The position numbers and the translations under genes are program-made. A DNA stretch of 64,000 nucleotides from an uncultured Acidobacteriota bacterium (GTDB taxonomy: Bacteria > Acidobacteriota > Vicinamibacteria > Vicinamibacterales > CAVVIG01): positions 548,860-612,859 of the forward strand of contig CAVQFC010000003.1 in assembly GCA_963711765.1 (NCBI GenBank), given 5' to 3'. The notes beneath the pieces are model-generated. The model was not told the DNA's origin. It worked only from the letters and a program-made list of their open reading frames with translations, and made no database searches. Shown here piece by piece: positions 43,715 through 54,711 of the stretch (positions are counted from its first letter, which is position 1; every line of letters starts with the position of its first letter).

Positions 43715-44638
43715 ATGCGTCCCCTGCTTCTCCTTACGGCGTGCGTCGGCGCCCTCTACGCTTCGGCTGGAGCGCAACAGCCTGCGCCGCCGCCGGCCTT
43801 TCCAGGCACCGACATCTACATCGTGCCGTTGAGCGGCGGGTTGGCGTCGATGAAGACGGCGAAGCCGACGCCGATGTCCATTGCGCCTGGCTACGACAAC
43901 CAGCCGATGTTCAGCGCGGACGGCACTCGGGTTCTGTTCGCCGCGAACCGTGATGGCAGGCAGATCGACGTCTTCGTGTACGAGCGTGCAGGCAATCGGG
44001 TTCTGCAGCTGACCCAGACCGCCGAGAACGAGAACTCGCCCACATTTCTTCCCGCCGGCGTCGGCGCGCCCGGCGGCTTCAGCGTCGTGCGCACCGAGCC
44101 GGACAAGTCGCAGCGATTGTGGCGTTTCGATGCGCAGGGTCGAAATCCGGAGGTCGTGCTCGCCAGCATCAAGCCGGTCGGCTACCACGCCTGGGTGGAC
44201 GCAGACACAGTCGCGCTCTACGTCCTCGGCTCGCCTGCCACTCTACAAATCGCCCACGTCAAGAGCGGCACGGCGGACGTCGTGGCTGAGGGCATCGGGC
44301 GTTCGCTGCATCGCGTCCCCGGCACCGGCTCCGTCAGCTTCGTTCAGCGCGAAGCGTCCGGTGAATTCTGGGTCAAGCAGATCGACGTCGCGTCGAAGAG
44401 AATCGAGCCACTCGTCAAGGCCGTTGACGGCAGCACGGACCACGACATGGCCTGGGTGCCCGACGGGCAGACGATCCTGATGTCCGCCGGAACGAAGATC
44501 TTTTCGTGGTCACGAGGGTCAGCGGCCTGGACCGAAGTCTTCGATGCGGCTCCGAGCGGTCTCGGCGCCGTCTCGAGACTGGCGGTATCATCGAAAGGCG
44601 ACGCGGTCGCCATTGTGGTGGCCGAGCCGAAGAGGTAA
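43715..44638 (+). CDS. Secreted TolB/PD40-like beta-propeller protein
   Basis: Signal peptide; GYDNQPMFSADG, E.SPT, KPVGYHAW. Confidence 0.8.
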   Translation: MRPLLLLTACVGALYASAGAQQPAPPPAFPGTDIYIVPLSGGLASMKTAKPTPMSIAPGYDNQPMFSADGTRVLFAANRDGRQIDVFVYERAGNRVLQLTQTAENENSPTFLPAGVGAPGGFSVVRTEPDKSQRLWRFDAQGRNPEVVLASIKPVGYHAWVDADTVALYVLGSPATLQIAHVKSGTADVVAEGIGRSLHRVPGTGSVSFVQREASGEFWVKQIDVASKRIEPLVKAVDGSTDHDMAWVPDGQTILMSAGTKIFSWSRGSAAWTEVFDAAPSGLGAVSRLAVSSKGDAVAIVVAEPKR

Positions 44639-44641
44639 CAC

Positions 44642-45760
44642 ATGGGTCCCTACCCGCACGACGCCCCGCCGCCGGTCATCTCGGCCGAGAATCCGATGGG
44701 CACCGACGGATTCGAGTTCGTCGAGTTCTGCCACCCGGACCCGGCCGCTCTGGACGCGTTGTTCAAGCGGATGGGCTGCGTACCGGTCGCAAAGCATCGC
44801 TCGAAGAAGGTGACGCTCTACCGTCAGGGCTACATCAACCTGATCGTCAATGCGCAGCCGGGATCGTTCGCGGCGAGCTTCGCCGAGAAGCATGGACCGT
44901 CGGCGCCGGCGATGGCGTTCCGCGTCGTGGACGCGAAGCACGCGTTCGAGCGGGCGCTGTCGCTCGGCGCCAAGCCGGTCACGGAATCAGCCGGCCCGAA
45001 CGAACTGGAAATCCCCGCCATCGAGGGCATCGGCGGTCTCCACATCTACCTCGTCGATCGCTACGGTGCGAAGGGCTCGATTTACGACGTCGACTTCGAG
45101 TGGATCGGCGAGAAGGACCCGACGCCGGCGGGCGCCGGGCTGTATTACATCGACCATCTGACTCACAACGTGCACCGCGGCCGACTCGACGAGTGGGCCG
45201 GCTTCTACGAAAAGATGTTCCAGTTCCGCCAGATTCGCTACTTCGATATCGCTGGCAAACACTCCGGCCTGCACTCCCGGGCGATGACCAGCCCTGATGG
45301 CAAGATTCGAATTCCCATCAACGAAGACGCCGGCGAGCGTGGACAGATCGAGGAGTACCTCGAGCAGTACAAGGGCGAGGGCATCCAGCACATCGCGCTC
45401 GGCTCGCACGACCTCTACGCGTCGATCGAGACCCTGATCGAGCGCGGCGTCGACTTCATGCCGGCGCCGAACCAGGTGTACTACTCGCGAATCGATCAGC
45501 GGCTGCCGCATCACGGCGAGGACCTGGCCAGGCTCGAGCGCACTGGCGCGCTCATCGACGGCGAGGGAGTGGTCGAAGGCGGTTTCACCAAGGTGCTGCT
45601 GCAGCGTTTCGGCAAGACCGCGATCGGACCGATCTTCTTCGAGTTCATCGAGCGCAAGGGCGACGATGGCTTCGGGGAGGGCAACTTCAAGGCGCTGTTC
45701 GAATCGATCGAGGAAGACCAGATTCGCCGCGGGGTGCTGAAGGCGGACGCGTCCAGATAA
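44642..45760 (+). CDS. hppD: 4-hydroxyphenylpyruvate dioxygenase
   Basis: NPMGTDGFEFVEF, IDHLTHNV, GEGIQHIA, FFEFI.RKG..GFGEGNFKALFESIE. Confidence 0.95.
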   Translation: MGPYPHDAPPPVISAENPMGTDGFEFVEFCHPDPAALDALFKRMGCVPVAKHRSKKVTLYRQGYINLIVNAQPGSFAASFAEKHGPSAPAMAFRVVDAKHAFERALSLGAKPVTESAGPNELEIPAIEGIGGLHIYLVDRYGAKGSIYDVDFEWIGEKDPTPAGAGLYYIDHLTHNVHRGRLDEWAGFYEKMFQFRQIRYFDIAGKHSGLHSRAMTSPDGKIRIPINEDAGERGQIEEYLEQYKGEGIQHIALGSHDLYASIETLIERGVDFMPAPNQVYYSRIDQRLPHHGEDLARLERTGALIDGEGVVEGGFTKVLLQRFGKTAIGPIFFEFIERKGDDGFGEGNFKALFESIEEDQIRRGVLKADASR

Positions 45761-45761
45761 G

Positions 45762-46073
45762 ATGCCGTGGACCTTTGCCGCAAGCGTGGACGAGATCAGC
45801 GAGCGCGACCTCCTCGGAGTCGATTGCGGCGGCCGCCGCATCGCGTTGTATCGCCTCGACGGCGGCTTCTTCGCTACGAATGATGCGTGCCCTCATCAAG
45901 GCGCCTCACTCTCGGACGGCTGCATCGTCGAACACTTCGTGGAGTGCGCGGCGCATTTCGCGCTGTTCGACATTCGTACTGGCGCTGCGGCCGGCGGCCC
46001 GACCACGACCAGCGTGAAGACCTTTCCGACGCGAGTCGAGAACGGCGAAATCCATGTCGACATCGACGGGTAA
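45762..46073 (+). CDS. Rieske [2Fe-2S] ferredoxin
   Basis: CPH...LSDG...VECAAH.A.FDIRTG. Confidence 0.85.
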   Translation: MPWTFAASVDEISERDLLGVDCGGRRIALYRLDGGFFATNDACPHQGASLSDGCIVEHFVECAAHFALFDIRTGAAAGGPTTTSVKTFPTRVENGEIHVDIDG

Positions 46074-47379
46074 CGGCAGCCTGACGCCGGGCTACATGTC
46101 CGGCTTCGGCAACGGGTTCGAGACCGAAGCGTTGCCTGGCGCGTTACCGATCGGCCGGAATTCTCCCCAGAAGTGCGCCTACGGCCTGTACGCGGAGCAA
46201 CTGAGCGGATCGCCGTTCACGGCGCCTCGGGCCAGCAACGAACGGTCGTGGCTGTATCGCATCCGTCCGACGGTGGCGCACATCGGCAGCTTCGTGAAGG
46301 CTGACATCGGGTTATGGAGGACGGCGCCATGCGCCGAGGTGGACGTGCCGATTGCGCCAATGCGCTGGGACGCCATCGCCATTCCGAGCGAGCCGCTGAC
46401 CTTTCTTCAAGGCATGCGGACGATGACGACGGCGGGAGATGCGGGCGCGCATGCCGGCATGGGCGCGCATTTGTATTTCGTGACGCGTTCGATGACCGAC
46501 GAGTACTTCTACGACGCTGACGGCGAGCTGCTGTTCGTGCCGCAGCAAGGCGAACTTCGCCTCTGGACCGAGTTCGGAATCATCGATATCGAGCCCGGTG
46601 ACTGCGCGGTCATTCCGCGCGGTGTCAAGATTCGGGTGGAAATCCCGAACGGGCCGGCGCGCGGCTACGTCTGCGAAAACTACGGCGGTGGATTCGCGCT
46701 GCCTGAGCGCGGCCCGATCGGCGCCAACTGCCTGGCCAACCCGCGCGACTTCCTGACCCCGGTCGCGGCCTACGAAGATCGCGACACGGCATCGCGGATG
46801 TACGTGAAATGGGGCGGCGCGATGTGGGTCACCGATCTCGAACACTCGCCGCTCGACGTGGTCGCCTGGCACGGCAACTACGCGCCCTACAAGTACGACC
46901 TGAGGCGCTATTCGCCCGTCGGCCCCATCCTGTTCGACCATGCCGATCCGTCGATCTTCACGGTGCTGACTTCGCCGTCAGAGATGGCAGGGACCGCGAA
47001 CGTCGATTTCGTGATCTTTCCTGAGCGCTGGCTGGTCGCGGAAAACACCTTCCGTCCGCCGTGGTATCACATGAACGTGATGAGCGAGTTCATGGGGCTG
47101 GTGATGGGTCAATACGACGCGAAGCCGCAGGGCTTCGTGCCGGGGGGCATCTCGCTGCACAACATGATGCTGCCGCACGGACCTGATGACGAGGCGTTCG
47201 AGACCGCGAGCAACGTCGAATTGTGGCCGCGCAAACTGGAAGGGACCCTGGCGTTCATGTTCGAAACGCGCTTCCCGCAGAAGGTCACGGCCTACGCGGC
47301 GAACACCGAGGCGCTGCAATCGTCCTATGGCGCTTACGGTCGGCGTCTGAAAAAGCACTTCGACCCGACGCGGGCCTGA
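46054..47379 (+). CDS. hmgA: Homogentisate 1,2-dioxygenase
   Basis: [56 protein letters not shown]. Confidence 0.96.
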   Translation: MSTSTGNGSLTPGYMSGFGNGFETEALPGALPIGRNSPQKCAYGLYAEQLSGSPFTAPRASNERSWLYRIRPTVAHIGSFVKADIGLWRTAPCAEVDVPIAPMRWDAIAIPSEPLTFLQGMRTMTTAGDAGAHAGMGAHLYFVTRSMTDEYFYDADGELLFVPQQGELRLWTEFGIIDIEPGDCAVIPRGVKIRVEIPNGPARGYVCENYGGGFALPERGPIGANCLANPRDFLTPVAAYEDRDTASRMYVKWGGAMWVTDLEHSPLDVVAWHGNYAPYKYDLRRYSPVGPILFDHADPSIFTVLTSPSEMAGTANVDFVIFPERWLVAENTFRPPWYHMNVMSEFMGLVMGQYDAKPQGFVPGGISLHNMMLPHGPDDEAFETASNVELWPRKLEGTLAFMFETRFPQKVTAYAANTEALQSSYGAYGRRLKKHFDPTRA

Positions 47380-47397
47380 AAGCCCCGCGGCACACAA

Positions 47398-48717
47398 ATG
47401 ACCATTGATGCCACCCACGACCCGGCTCTGCGAAGCTGGGTCCGATCCGCGAACGGTCACGCCGATTTTCCGATTCAGAACCTGCCGTTCGGTGTGTTCT
47501 CGACCGCGCTCGGTCCGATCGCGCGCGGCGGTGTCGCAATCGGCGACGAGATCCTCGATCTCGGCGCGGCCCATCAAGCGGGTTTGTTCGACGGCGAGGC
47601 GGCGCCGACGGCCGACGTCGCGAGCCGGAACCAGCTCAACGACTTGATGCGTCTGGGCGCTGGCCCGCGGCGGCGGTTGCGGGCGCGCATCTCTGAGCTG
47701 TTGCGCGAAGGGGCTTCGCAACAGTCACATTCCGGGAGCATCCTGCACCGTGCAGGCGACTGCACGATGCACCTGCCGGCGATCGTCGGCGACTACACCG
47801 ATTTCTACGCCGGCATCCACCACGCGACCAATGTCGGCCGCCAGTTTCGTCCGGACCAACCGCTGCTGCCGAACTACAAGCACGTGCCGATTGGCTACCA
47901 TGGCCGCAGTTCGTCAGTCCGGGTGTCGGGGACTCCGGTGCGGCGCCCCAGCGGACAGCGCAAGCCGGCGGCCGAGACGGTGCCGACTTTTGGCCCATCG
48001 CGGAACCTCGATTTCGAACTGGAACTCGGCATCTGGATCGGATCGGGGAATGAACTCGGCGAGGCGATTCCAATCACCGACGCCGCGGATCACATCGCCG
48101 GCTTCTGCCTGCTGAACGACTGGTCGGCGCGCGACATCCAGGGCTGGGAGTACCAGCCGCTGGGACCGTTCCTGGCGAAGAGCTTCTGCACGTCGATCTC
48201 GCCATGGATCGTGACGCCGGAAGCGCTGGCGCCGTTCCGTCTCGCGCAGCCGGCCAGACCCGACGGCGATCCCCCGCCGCTCCCGTATCTGCTCGACGAT
48301 CGGGATCAACGCGCCGGGGCGCTCGACATCGAGCTCGAAGTTCTGCTGCTCACGTCCCAATCGGCGACCGCGGGACTGCCGCCGCGACGAATCTCGCTCA
48401 GTAATACGCGTCACCTCTATTGGACCATCGCGCAACTGGTCGCGCATCACAGCAGCAACGGCTGCAATCTGCAGCCGGGCGATCTGTTCGGTTCGGGCAC
48501 GATCTCGGCGCCGGTTCCGGAGGGCCTCGGCAGTCTGCTCGAGATCACCGAAGGCGGCCGCCGCCCGCTCGACGCCGGCGACGGTCAGACCCGCCGCTTC
48601 CTGCTGGACGGCGACGAGGTGATCATGCGTGCGCACGCGAGACGCGACGGTCGCGTCCCGATCGGCCTCGGTGAAGTGAGAGGACGCGTCGTACCGGCCG
48701 AACTCCGCGATGCCTGA
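47398..48717 (+). CDS. fahA: Fumarylacetoacetase
   Basis: DFPIQNLPFG, DYTDFY, YHGRSSS, LDFELE, NDWSARDIQ.WEY.PLGPF. Confidence 0.95.
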   Translation: MTIDATHDPALRSWVRSANGHADFPIQNLPFGVFSTALGPIARGGVAIGDEILDLGAAHQAGLFDGEAAPTADVASRNQLNDLMRLGAGPRRRLRARISELLREGASQQSHSGSILHRAGDCTMHLPAIVGDYTDFYAGIHHATNVGRQFRPDQPLLPNYKHVPIGYHGRSSSVRVSGTPVRRPSGQRKPAAETVPTFGPSRNLDFELELGIWIGSGNELGEAIPITDAADHIAGFCLLNDWSARDIQGWEYQPLGPFLAKSFCTSISPWIVTPEALAPFRLAQPARPDGDPPPLPYLLDDRDQRAGALDIELEVLLLTSQSATAGLPPRRISLSNTRHLYWTIAQLVAHHSSNGCNLQPGDLFGSGTISAPVPEGLGSLLEITEGGRRPLDAGDGQTRRFLLDGDEVIMRAHARRDGRVPIGLGEVRGRVVPAELRDA

Positions 48718-48846
48718 TGACCGTCATTGAACGCAAGGCGCGCATGGGTCCAAACCGCGTATCCAACACGGCGTCCGAATCTGCTTCCGAATCATTCGAC
48801 GAACCATGGCCAGGACGCCAAAGCCTCGGCAGTGCCGACCGGCTTG

Positions 48847-49389
48847 TCATTCTCGAGACCGTCGAAGTTGCTGAAGAAGCGCAAACCCCGCAGGCCAGTC
48901 GCCCAGACCGCTCTGACTGTTGATGTGCCCGGCGTCGCCGAGGCTCACAAACCGGCTTCCCCACGCGTCGGCAAATTGCCGCGCTCGTGCCGACGTGACA
49001 TACGGATCGTTGCTGCTGGCGACGAGAATGCTCTGAAACGGCAGTGGCCGCAGCGGCATCGGTGCGAATCCGGTGGGACCAGCCGGATACGATCGGGCTT
49101 CGGGATCGCTCGGCGCAACCAGAAGCGCGGCCCTGACCGGCCGCGACCCTGAGGTGCCGGCCCAGTGAGCGACCAGGGCACAGGAAGAACTGTGCGCCAC
49201 AAGAATAGCGCCCGGCGTCGTGGCTACCTCGGCGTCGAGGCGCGCGACCCACTTGGCGCATCTGGGATTCTCCCAATCGTCCTGCATCACCCGCCGAAAG
49301 TCCGGGTGAGAAAGCTCCCAACGGCTTTGCCAGTGTTCGGGGCCGGAATTATACAGACCCGGCAGAATCAGAACCGGCGCCTCACTCAC
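48847..49389 (-). CDS. RBBP9/YdeN family alpha/beta hydrolase
   Basis: PGL.NSGPEHWQ, VAHS, S.NDPY, AGHIN..SG.G.W. Confidence 0.88.
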   Translation of the reverse strand: MSEAPVLILPGLYNSGPEHWQSRWELSHPDFRRVMQDDWENPRCAKWVARLDAEVATTPGAILVAHSSSCALVAHWAGTSGSRPVRAALLVAPSDPEARSYPAGPTGFAPMPLRPLPFQSILVASSNDPYVTSARARQFADAWGSRFVSLGDAGHINSQSGLGDWPAGFALLQQLRRSRE

Positions 49390-49637
49390 TCTTATTTCTC
49401 ACGTGCACGATCTTAGGCCAGCCGAACTGGCCCGGGTCGGCTCTGCCACTGCGAATTCTGCCAGCGGCGGCACGCTCGAATTCGTTGGCCGGCGACGCAG
49501 CACGGCAGATCGTGATGCCGGATCTGCATACCCACGCGCGGCCGGCGATTCTAGGATGCAGGGCTACGGTCCTGAGAGGGCCTGGCGCGCCCGGAGCCAT
49601 GAACAAGACGGGCAGTCGGAAACAAGGAGCTGATGCC

Positions 49638-50291
49638 ATGAAGACAGAATTTCGTACCAGACGCTGGTCGCTCGTCGGCGCGCTCGTGGCAACGGCCTGC
49701 CTGGCGGTTGCCGCGGCCACTTTCGCCCAGGAGGGCGTCAAGGAAACCGAGGACTTCATCAAGGCGGGCGGCAAGACCTCGGAGGCCGTCGGCGAGGCGA
49801 AGACCCAGCTGCAGACCACGCTCACGAACTACAACGACCTGCTGGGCAAAGAAGCCAAGGACATGAAAGACAGCTACAACAAGCTGCGCAAGAACCTGAA
49901 GGACTTCGACGACAAGACCAGCGACGCGCGGACCCGCGTGACCGAAATGCAGACGACCGGCACCGCGTACTTCGCCGGCCGCGCCGCCGCCATCAAGAAA
50001 ATTCAGGATCCGACCCTTCAGGCTCAGGCCCAGCAGCGCCTCGACGCCAGCCAGAAGGATTTCGCCGGCGTCATGGCGTCTCTTGGCCAGACGCGTGAGG
50101 CGCTCGAGCCGCTCCGTAAGGAGCTGGCCGATCACGTCAAGTATCTCGAAAGCGATCTCTCGCCGAGCGGCACCGCGTCGCTGAAGCCGCAGGCCGCGGC
50201 GGCCAACGCCAAGGCCGAAACCGTGTTCACCAAAGGCGACGATGCAATTCGGACGGCCAATACCTACTTCACTGGTCTGCGCGCCCGTTGA
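49638..50291 (+). CDS. Secreted helical protein, DUF2959-like
   Basis: Signal peptide ending TFAQ; coiled-coil character; D.V.YL..DL motif; AAGGAG Shine-Dalgarno. Confidence 0.6.
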   Translation: MKTEFRTRRWSLVGALVATACLAVAAATFAQEGVKETEDFIKAGGKTSEAVGEAKTQLQTTLTNYNDLLGKEAKDMKDSYNKLRKNLKDFDDKTSDARTRVTEMQTTGTAYFAGRAAAIKKIQDPTLQAQAQQRLDASQKDFAGVMASLGQTREALEPLRKELADHVKYLESDLSPSGTASLKPQAAAANAKAETVFTKGDDAIRTANTYFTGLRAR

Positions 50292-50469
50292 GGGATTCCA
50301 ACCACTCGCAAATCGTCGGTAGTTGATGCCGGCGCTGGACCGCGTCGTGGCTCTCCCAGGTGAGCCGCGACGCGGATGACAATCCCTGCATTTGATCCGC
50401 CTGAACGCCGGCCACGATCTGAACCGACGATCGCGCCACACGACGATCGTGCCACGCGGCGGTCGTCCT

Positions 50470-51393
50470 CTACGACAGGCGCCAGGTCACGCCAGTCAGG
50501 TTGGTCGCGACCTCCCACAGCCTCCGCGCGGCGGCCTCGTCCTGCGCCGGCTTCGGAATCGGGATCGGAACCGGATCCCCGCGCAGCTGAAACACGCCGT
50601 CGGGACCGTAGTAGCTGCCCGATCTCGCGTCGAGAGCAGTGGCCGCGCGCAGCGTCGGCAGCGCGCCGTGAAACGCATCCTGCGACAGCATCTTCTCGGT
50701 AATTCTCTCGGCGAGGTTCAACGGCCGGCCGGGCCCGCTGGTCTGAAGATTGGTGCGCGCGTAGCCCGGATGCGCCGCGTTACTGCTCAGCGGGATCCCC
50801 GCCGCGGCACATCGGCGCCCCAGTTCGAGCGCGAACATCAGGTCGGCGAGCTTGGTCTGACAGTAGACTTTCCAGGCCGCGTAGCCATCGACCCATTGCA
50901 AATCCTCGAAGCGGATTCGCCTGGTTCCCATGTTCGCGGCGCCGCTCGAGACGGTGGTCACGCGCGGCAACGGCGCACGGCGCAGCGCCGGCATCAGCAG
51001 CGCCGTCAACGCGAACGGTCCGAGAAAATTCGTGCCGAACTGAAGCTCGAAACCGTCTCTGGTGGTCTGTCGCTCCGGCACCAGCATCACGCCGGCGTTG
51101 TTGACGAGCAGATCCAGACGCGGTTCGCGATCGACGGCGGCGGCGAAGTCGCGGATCGATGCGAGGCTCGCCAGATCGAGAATCGCCGGGCGCACGCGAG
51201 CCCGGGGAGCGTCGCGAAGAATCCGGTTGGCAGCGTCCCGCCCCTTCGCCTCGCTCCGCGCGGCGAGGATCACCTCGCTGCCGGCGCGCGCCAGCTCGAG
51301 CGCGGTGTACCAGCCAATGCCGCTGTTGGCGCCGGTGACGACCGACAGCGTCCCGGCCAGCGAAGGAATATCCGCGGGTGTCCATTTCCCCAT
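50470..51393 (-). CDS. Short-chain dehydrogenase/reductase
   Basis: TGANSGIG, NNAGVM, FGTNFLG, YCQTK, AHPGY. Confidence 0.9.
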   Translation of the reverse strand: MGKWTPADIPSLAGTLSVVTGANSGIGWYTALELARAGSEVILAARSEAKGRDAANRILRDAPRARVRPAILDLASLASIRDFAAAVDREPRLDLLVNNAGVMLVPERQTTRDGFELQFGTNFLGPFALTALLMPALRRAPLPRVTTVSSGAANMGTRRIRFEDLQWVDGYAAWKVYCQTKLADLMFALELGRRCAAAGIPLSSNAAHPGYARTNLQTSGPGRPLNLAERITEKMLSQDAFHGALPTLRAATALDARSGSYYGPDGVFQLRGDPVPIPIPKPAQDEAAARRLWEVATNLTGVTWRLS

Positions 51394-51489
51394 GCCCGGC
51401 AGAATAGCGCGCATCGCCGCGAAGCGTAAGGATCTGCGTTGCCTGCCGGCGGCGGTGTCTCTGTTATCCTCACCGTAACGGCCGGTTCG

Positions 51490-52296
51490 ATGAAGTGGGT
51501 GCCAACCTCCAATCGTCGCCGCACGGCGCTGCTGACGCTGACCGTGCTGCTCGGCCTCGTCGCCGCTGCGGCGGCGCAACGCCAGTTCTTCTACGGCTGG
51601 GATGAGAGCGTCCGCAACATTTCGTATGACGGCCAGTTCACTTTCGTCCGCGTCAGGTACGCCGGCGCGCGCGGCGGCAACTGGGCGGGCGGACGACCGT
51701 CGTGGGTCCACGGCTACCCGCTGGCCGAGCGCAACCTCATGAAGATCGTGAACGAGATCTCCTACCTCGACGGACACGCCGACGACGTGAACGTGCTCAC
51801 ACTCGACGACCCCGAGCTGTTCAAATATCCGATCGCGTACATCATCGAGGTCGGGTGGTGGACGCTGACCGAGGCCGAGGCGGTCGCGCTACGCACCTAC
51901 CTGCAGAAAGGCGGCTTCCTGATCGTCGACGACTTCAAAGTCGAGGGCTGGCGCGGGATTTCCGGCGGTGGCTGGGAGCCGTTCGCGAACAACGTAAAGC
52001 GCGTCTTCCCGAACGCGAAGTTCTTCGAGATGGATCCGGCTGATCCGGTGTTCCATTCGTTCTTCGAGGTCACGTCGCTCGACAACTTCCCGCAGGCGTA
52101 CACCAGCGGCAAGGCGGTGTTTCGCGGCATTTACGAGGACAACGATCCGACCAAACGGCTGCTGATGATCGTCAACTACAACACCGACATTTCGCAGTAC
52201 TGGGAGTGGTCGGGCCGCGGCTTTCGTCCATTCGACGATACCAACGAAGCGTACAAGCTCGGCGTCAACTACCTGATTTACGGATTGACGCATTGA
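51490..52296 (+). CDS. DUF4159 domain protein
   Basis: FTFVRVRY, W...YP.AE.N, DDPELFKYP, YL.KGGFL.VDDF, G.NY.IY.LTH. Confidence 0.82.
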   Translation: MKWVPTSNRRRTALLTLTVLLGLVAAAAAQRQFFYGWDESVRNISYDGQFTFVRVRYAGARGGNWAGGRPSWVHGYPLAERNLMKIVNEISYLDGHADDVNVLTLDDPELFKYPIAYIIEVGWWTLTEAEAVALRTYLQKGGFLIVDDFKVEGWRGISGGGWEPFANNVKRVFPNAKFFEMDPADPVFHSFFEVTSLDNFPQAYTSGKAVFRGIYEDNDPTKRLLMIVNYNTDISQYWEWSGRGFRPFDDTNEAYKLGVNYLIYGLTH

Positions 52297-53631
52297 ACGC
52301 GGAGCACGAGACGATCACCGTCGCCGGACGGGACATCGCCATTTCCAATCCGAACAAGGTGCTCTTTCCGCAGGCCGGCTACACCAAGCTGGATCTGGCG
52401 CGTTACTACGTCGCGGTTTCGCCGGGAGCGATGCAGGCGGCCGGCCATCGCCCCAACGTGCTGGTCCGCTATCCGAACGGCACCGGCGGAGAATTCTTCT
52501 TCCAGAAACGCGCGCCACACTCCCGGCCCGACTGGGTCGACGTGGTGACGCTCGCTTTTCCGTCAGGACGCACCGCTGAAGAAGTGGTCCCGCGCGATCC
52601 GGCAACGTTCGTCTGGATGGCGAACCTCGCCTGCCTCGAACTGCACCCGCACCCGGTGCGCGCCGACGATCTCGATCATCCTGATGAACTGCGCGTCGAT
52701 CTCGATCCGGTGCCCGGCGTCGAGTGGCCGCAGATTCGTCAGGTCGCGGCGGTCGTCCGCGCTGCGCTCGCCGACGTCGGCCTGATCGGCTGGCCCAAGA
52801 CATCGGGTTCGCGCGGCATCCACGTCTACGTCCGCATCGAGCGGCGCTGGACGTTCGACCAGGTACGGCGCGCCGCGCTCGCCCTGGCGCGCGAGGTCGA
52901 ACGGCGGGCCCCGCAGATCGCGACCAGCAAGTGGTGGAAGGAGGAGCGTCACGGCGTCTTCCTCGACTACAACCAGAACGCCAAGGACCGCACCGTCGCC
53001 GGCGCGTACTCGGTGCGTCCGACACCGGACGCGCGCGTGTCGGCGCCGCTGACGTGGGACGAAATCGACGTCTGCAATCCGGCCGACTTCACGCTGGCGA
53101 CGATGCCGGCGCGGTTTGCCAGCGTGGGCGACCGGCACGCCGGGATGGACGCGAATGCAGGCTCGCTCGAACGGCTGCTCGAACTGTCGGCGCGACAGGG
53201 ACGCGAAGGGCAGGGCGACGCGCCGTGGCCGCCGCACTACCGCAAGCAGGCCGGCGAAGCGCCACGCGTGGCGCCGTCGCGTCGCCGGACGTCGGTCCAT
53301 CCGCTCCTTGAAATCGGCCGCGCGCGCGACAAGGCCGACGCGCTCGCCGGCTTCGAGACGATGGAAGGCGCGTCATCCTGAAGCCGCGACGCATCTCCAG
53401 CCGGCCGACGTGCTGGTAGACGCGATGCGCGGACGCCACCGCACCTGGACGCGCGTCCGCCTGAACCTTCAGCACGTGCCGGACGCGTTGCGGCCGGAGC
53501 AGGAAGCGCTCGACCCGAACGAGGACATGGCCGAAGAATGGATCGGACCAACGCGGCGCCATCCCGCGGTTGACGGGATCAGCGATCCCCGGACGCGCCG
53601 AAGACCTTCGCGAGCTCGTAAGGAGTCGTGA
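52293..53631 (+). CDS. Stand-alone LigD-type polymerase (Prim-Pol) protein; single-base insertion near 53357
   Basis: SNPNKVLFP, RYPNG...FFQKR, PDELRVDLDP, KTSGSRGIH, DYNQNAKDRT..AYSVR; continues as RWKARHP after the shift. Confidence 0.85.
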
Positions 53632-54676
53632 CCTCGAGCTGATCGTAGCCGCACTGTTCCGGCGGCTTGTCCGGGCGCCAGCGCTGGAACATCGCCGCGT
53701 GCCGGAACCGATCGCCCTGCATGTGGTCGTACTTCACTTCGCACACGCGCTCGATGCGCAGCGGCTCCCACGACAGGTCCTTGCCGGCGCTCCAGCGGCT
53801 CTGACCGCCGGGCATCCGCGACGGCTCCCCTTGCGAGTCGACTTCGGCCCACTCGCGCCACGGATGTTCCTCGAGCGCTCGCTCGCGCAGCGGCGCCAGT
53901 TCCTCCGCCAGCTCACGCCGCATCGCCATCGTGAACGACGAGGTGACGCCGACGTGTTGCAGTCTGCCCCCGGCGTCGAACAGCCCGAGCAGCAGCGAGC
54001 CAATCAGCTCGCCCTTCCCGGCCTTGTGCCAGCGAAAGCCGGCGACGACGCAGTCGGCGGTGCGGGCGTGCTTGACCTTGATCATCGCGCGCTTGCCGGG
54101 CTGGTAGGTGCCGTTCGCCGGCTTGACCATCACGCCGTCGAGGCCCGCGCCTTCGAACTGCGACAGCCATTCGGATGCCTGAGCGGGATCGCTGGTGATC
54201 GGCGTGAGGTGGATCGGCGGCGCGGCGCGCGCGAGCAGCTTCTCGAGGCTGGCGCGCCGTTCGTGTTGCGGCCGGCCGCGCAGATCCTGACCGTCCGCGG
54301 CGAGCAGGTCGAAGGCCACGAACGACGCCGGCGTCTGCTGGGCGAGCTTGGCGACCCGCGACGCCGCCGGGTGCAGCCGCATCTGCAGCGCATCGAAGTC
54401 GAGGCCTCGCGCGCTGGCGATCACGATCTCGCCGTCGAGCACGCAGCCGTCCGGCAGCCCCGCGACGAGCGCATCGTGCAGTTCGGGAAAATAACGATCG
54501 AGCGGCCTCAGGTCGCGGCTCTGCATGAACAGCTGATCGCCGCCGCGAAACACGATGGCGCGGAAACCGTCCCACTTCGGCTCGTAGAGCAGCCCGTCGC
54601 CGGCTGGAAGCTCCGTCGCCAGCTTGGCGAGCATCGGCTCGATCGGCGGGGCGATCGCAAAGACGTCACTCGGCAC
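53579..54676 (-). CDS. ligC: ATP-dependent DNA ligase, LigC-like
   Basis: YEPKWDGFR, LDGEI, AFDLL, GAGLDGV, KVKH.RTADCVV.G.R, RFRH...F.RWRPDK. Confidence 0.88.
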   Translation of the reverse strand: MPSDVFAIAPPIEPMLAKLATELPAGDGLLYEPKWDGFRAIVFRGGDQLFMQSRDLRPLDRYFPELHDALVAGLPDGCVLDGEIVIASARGLDFDALQMRLHPAASRVAKLAQQTPASFVAFDLLAADGQDLRGRPQHERRASLEKLLARAAPPIHLTPITSDPAQASEWLSQFEGAGLDGVMVKPANGTYQPGKRAMIKVKHARTADCVVAGFRWHKAGKGELIGSLLLGLFDAGGRLQHVGVTSSFTMAMRRELAEELAPLRERALEEHPWREWAEVDSQGEPSRMPGGQSRWSAGKDLSWEPLRIERVCEVKYDHMQGDRFRHAAMFQRWRPDKPPEQCGYDQLEVTTPYELAKVFGASGDR

Positions 54677-54711
54677 GCCGTGACAGACTAGCGCAGGAAC
54701 GCGCCTTTAGC

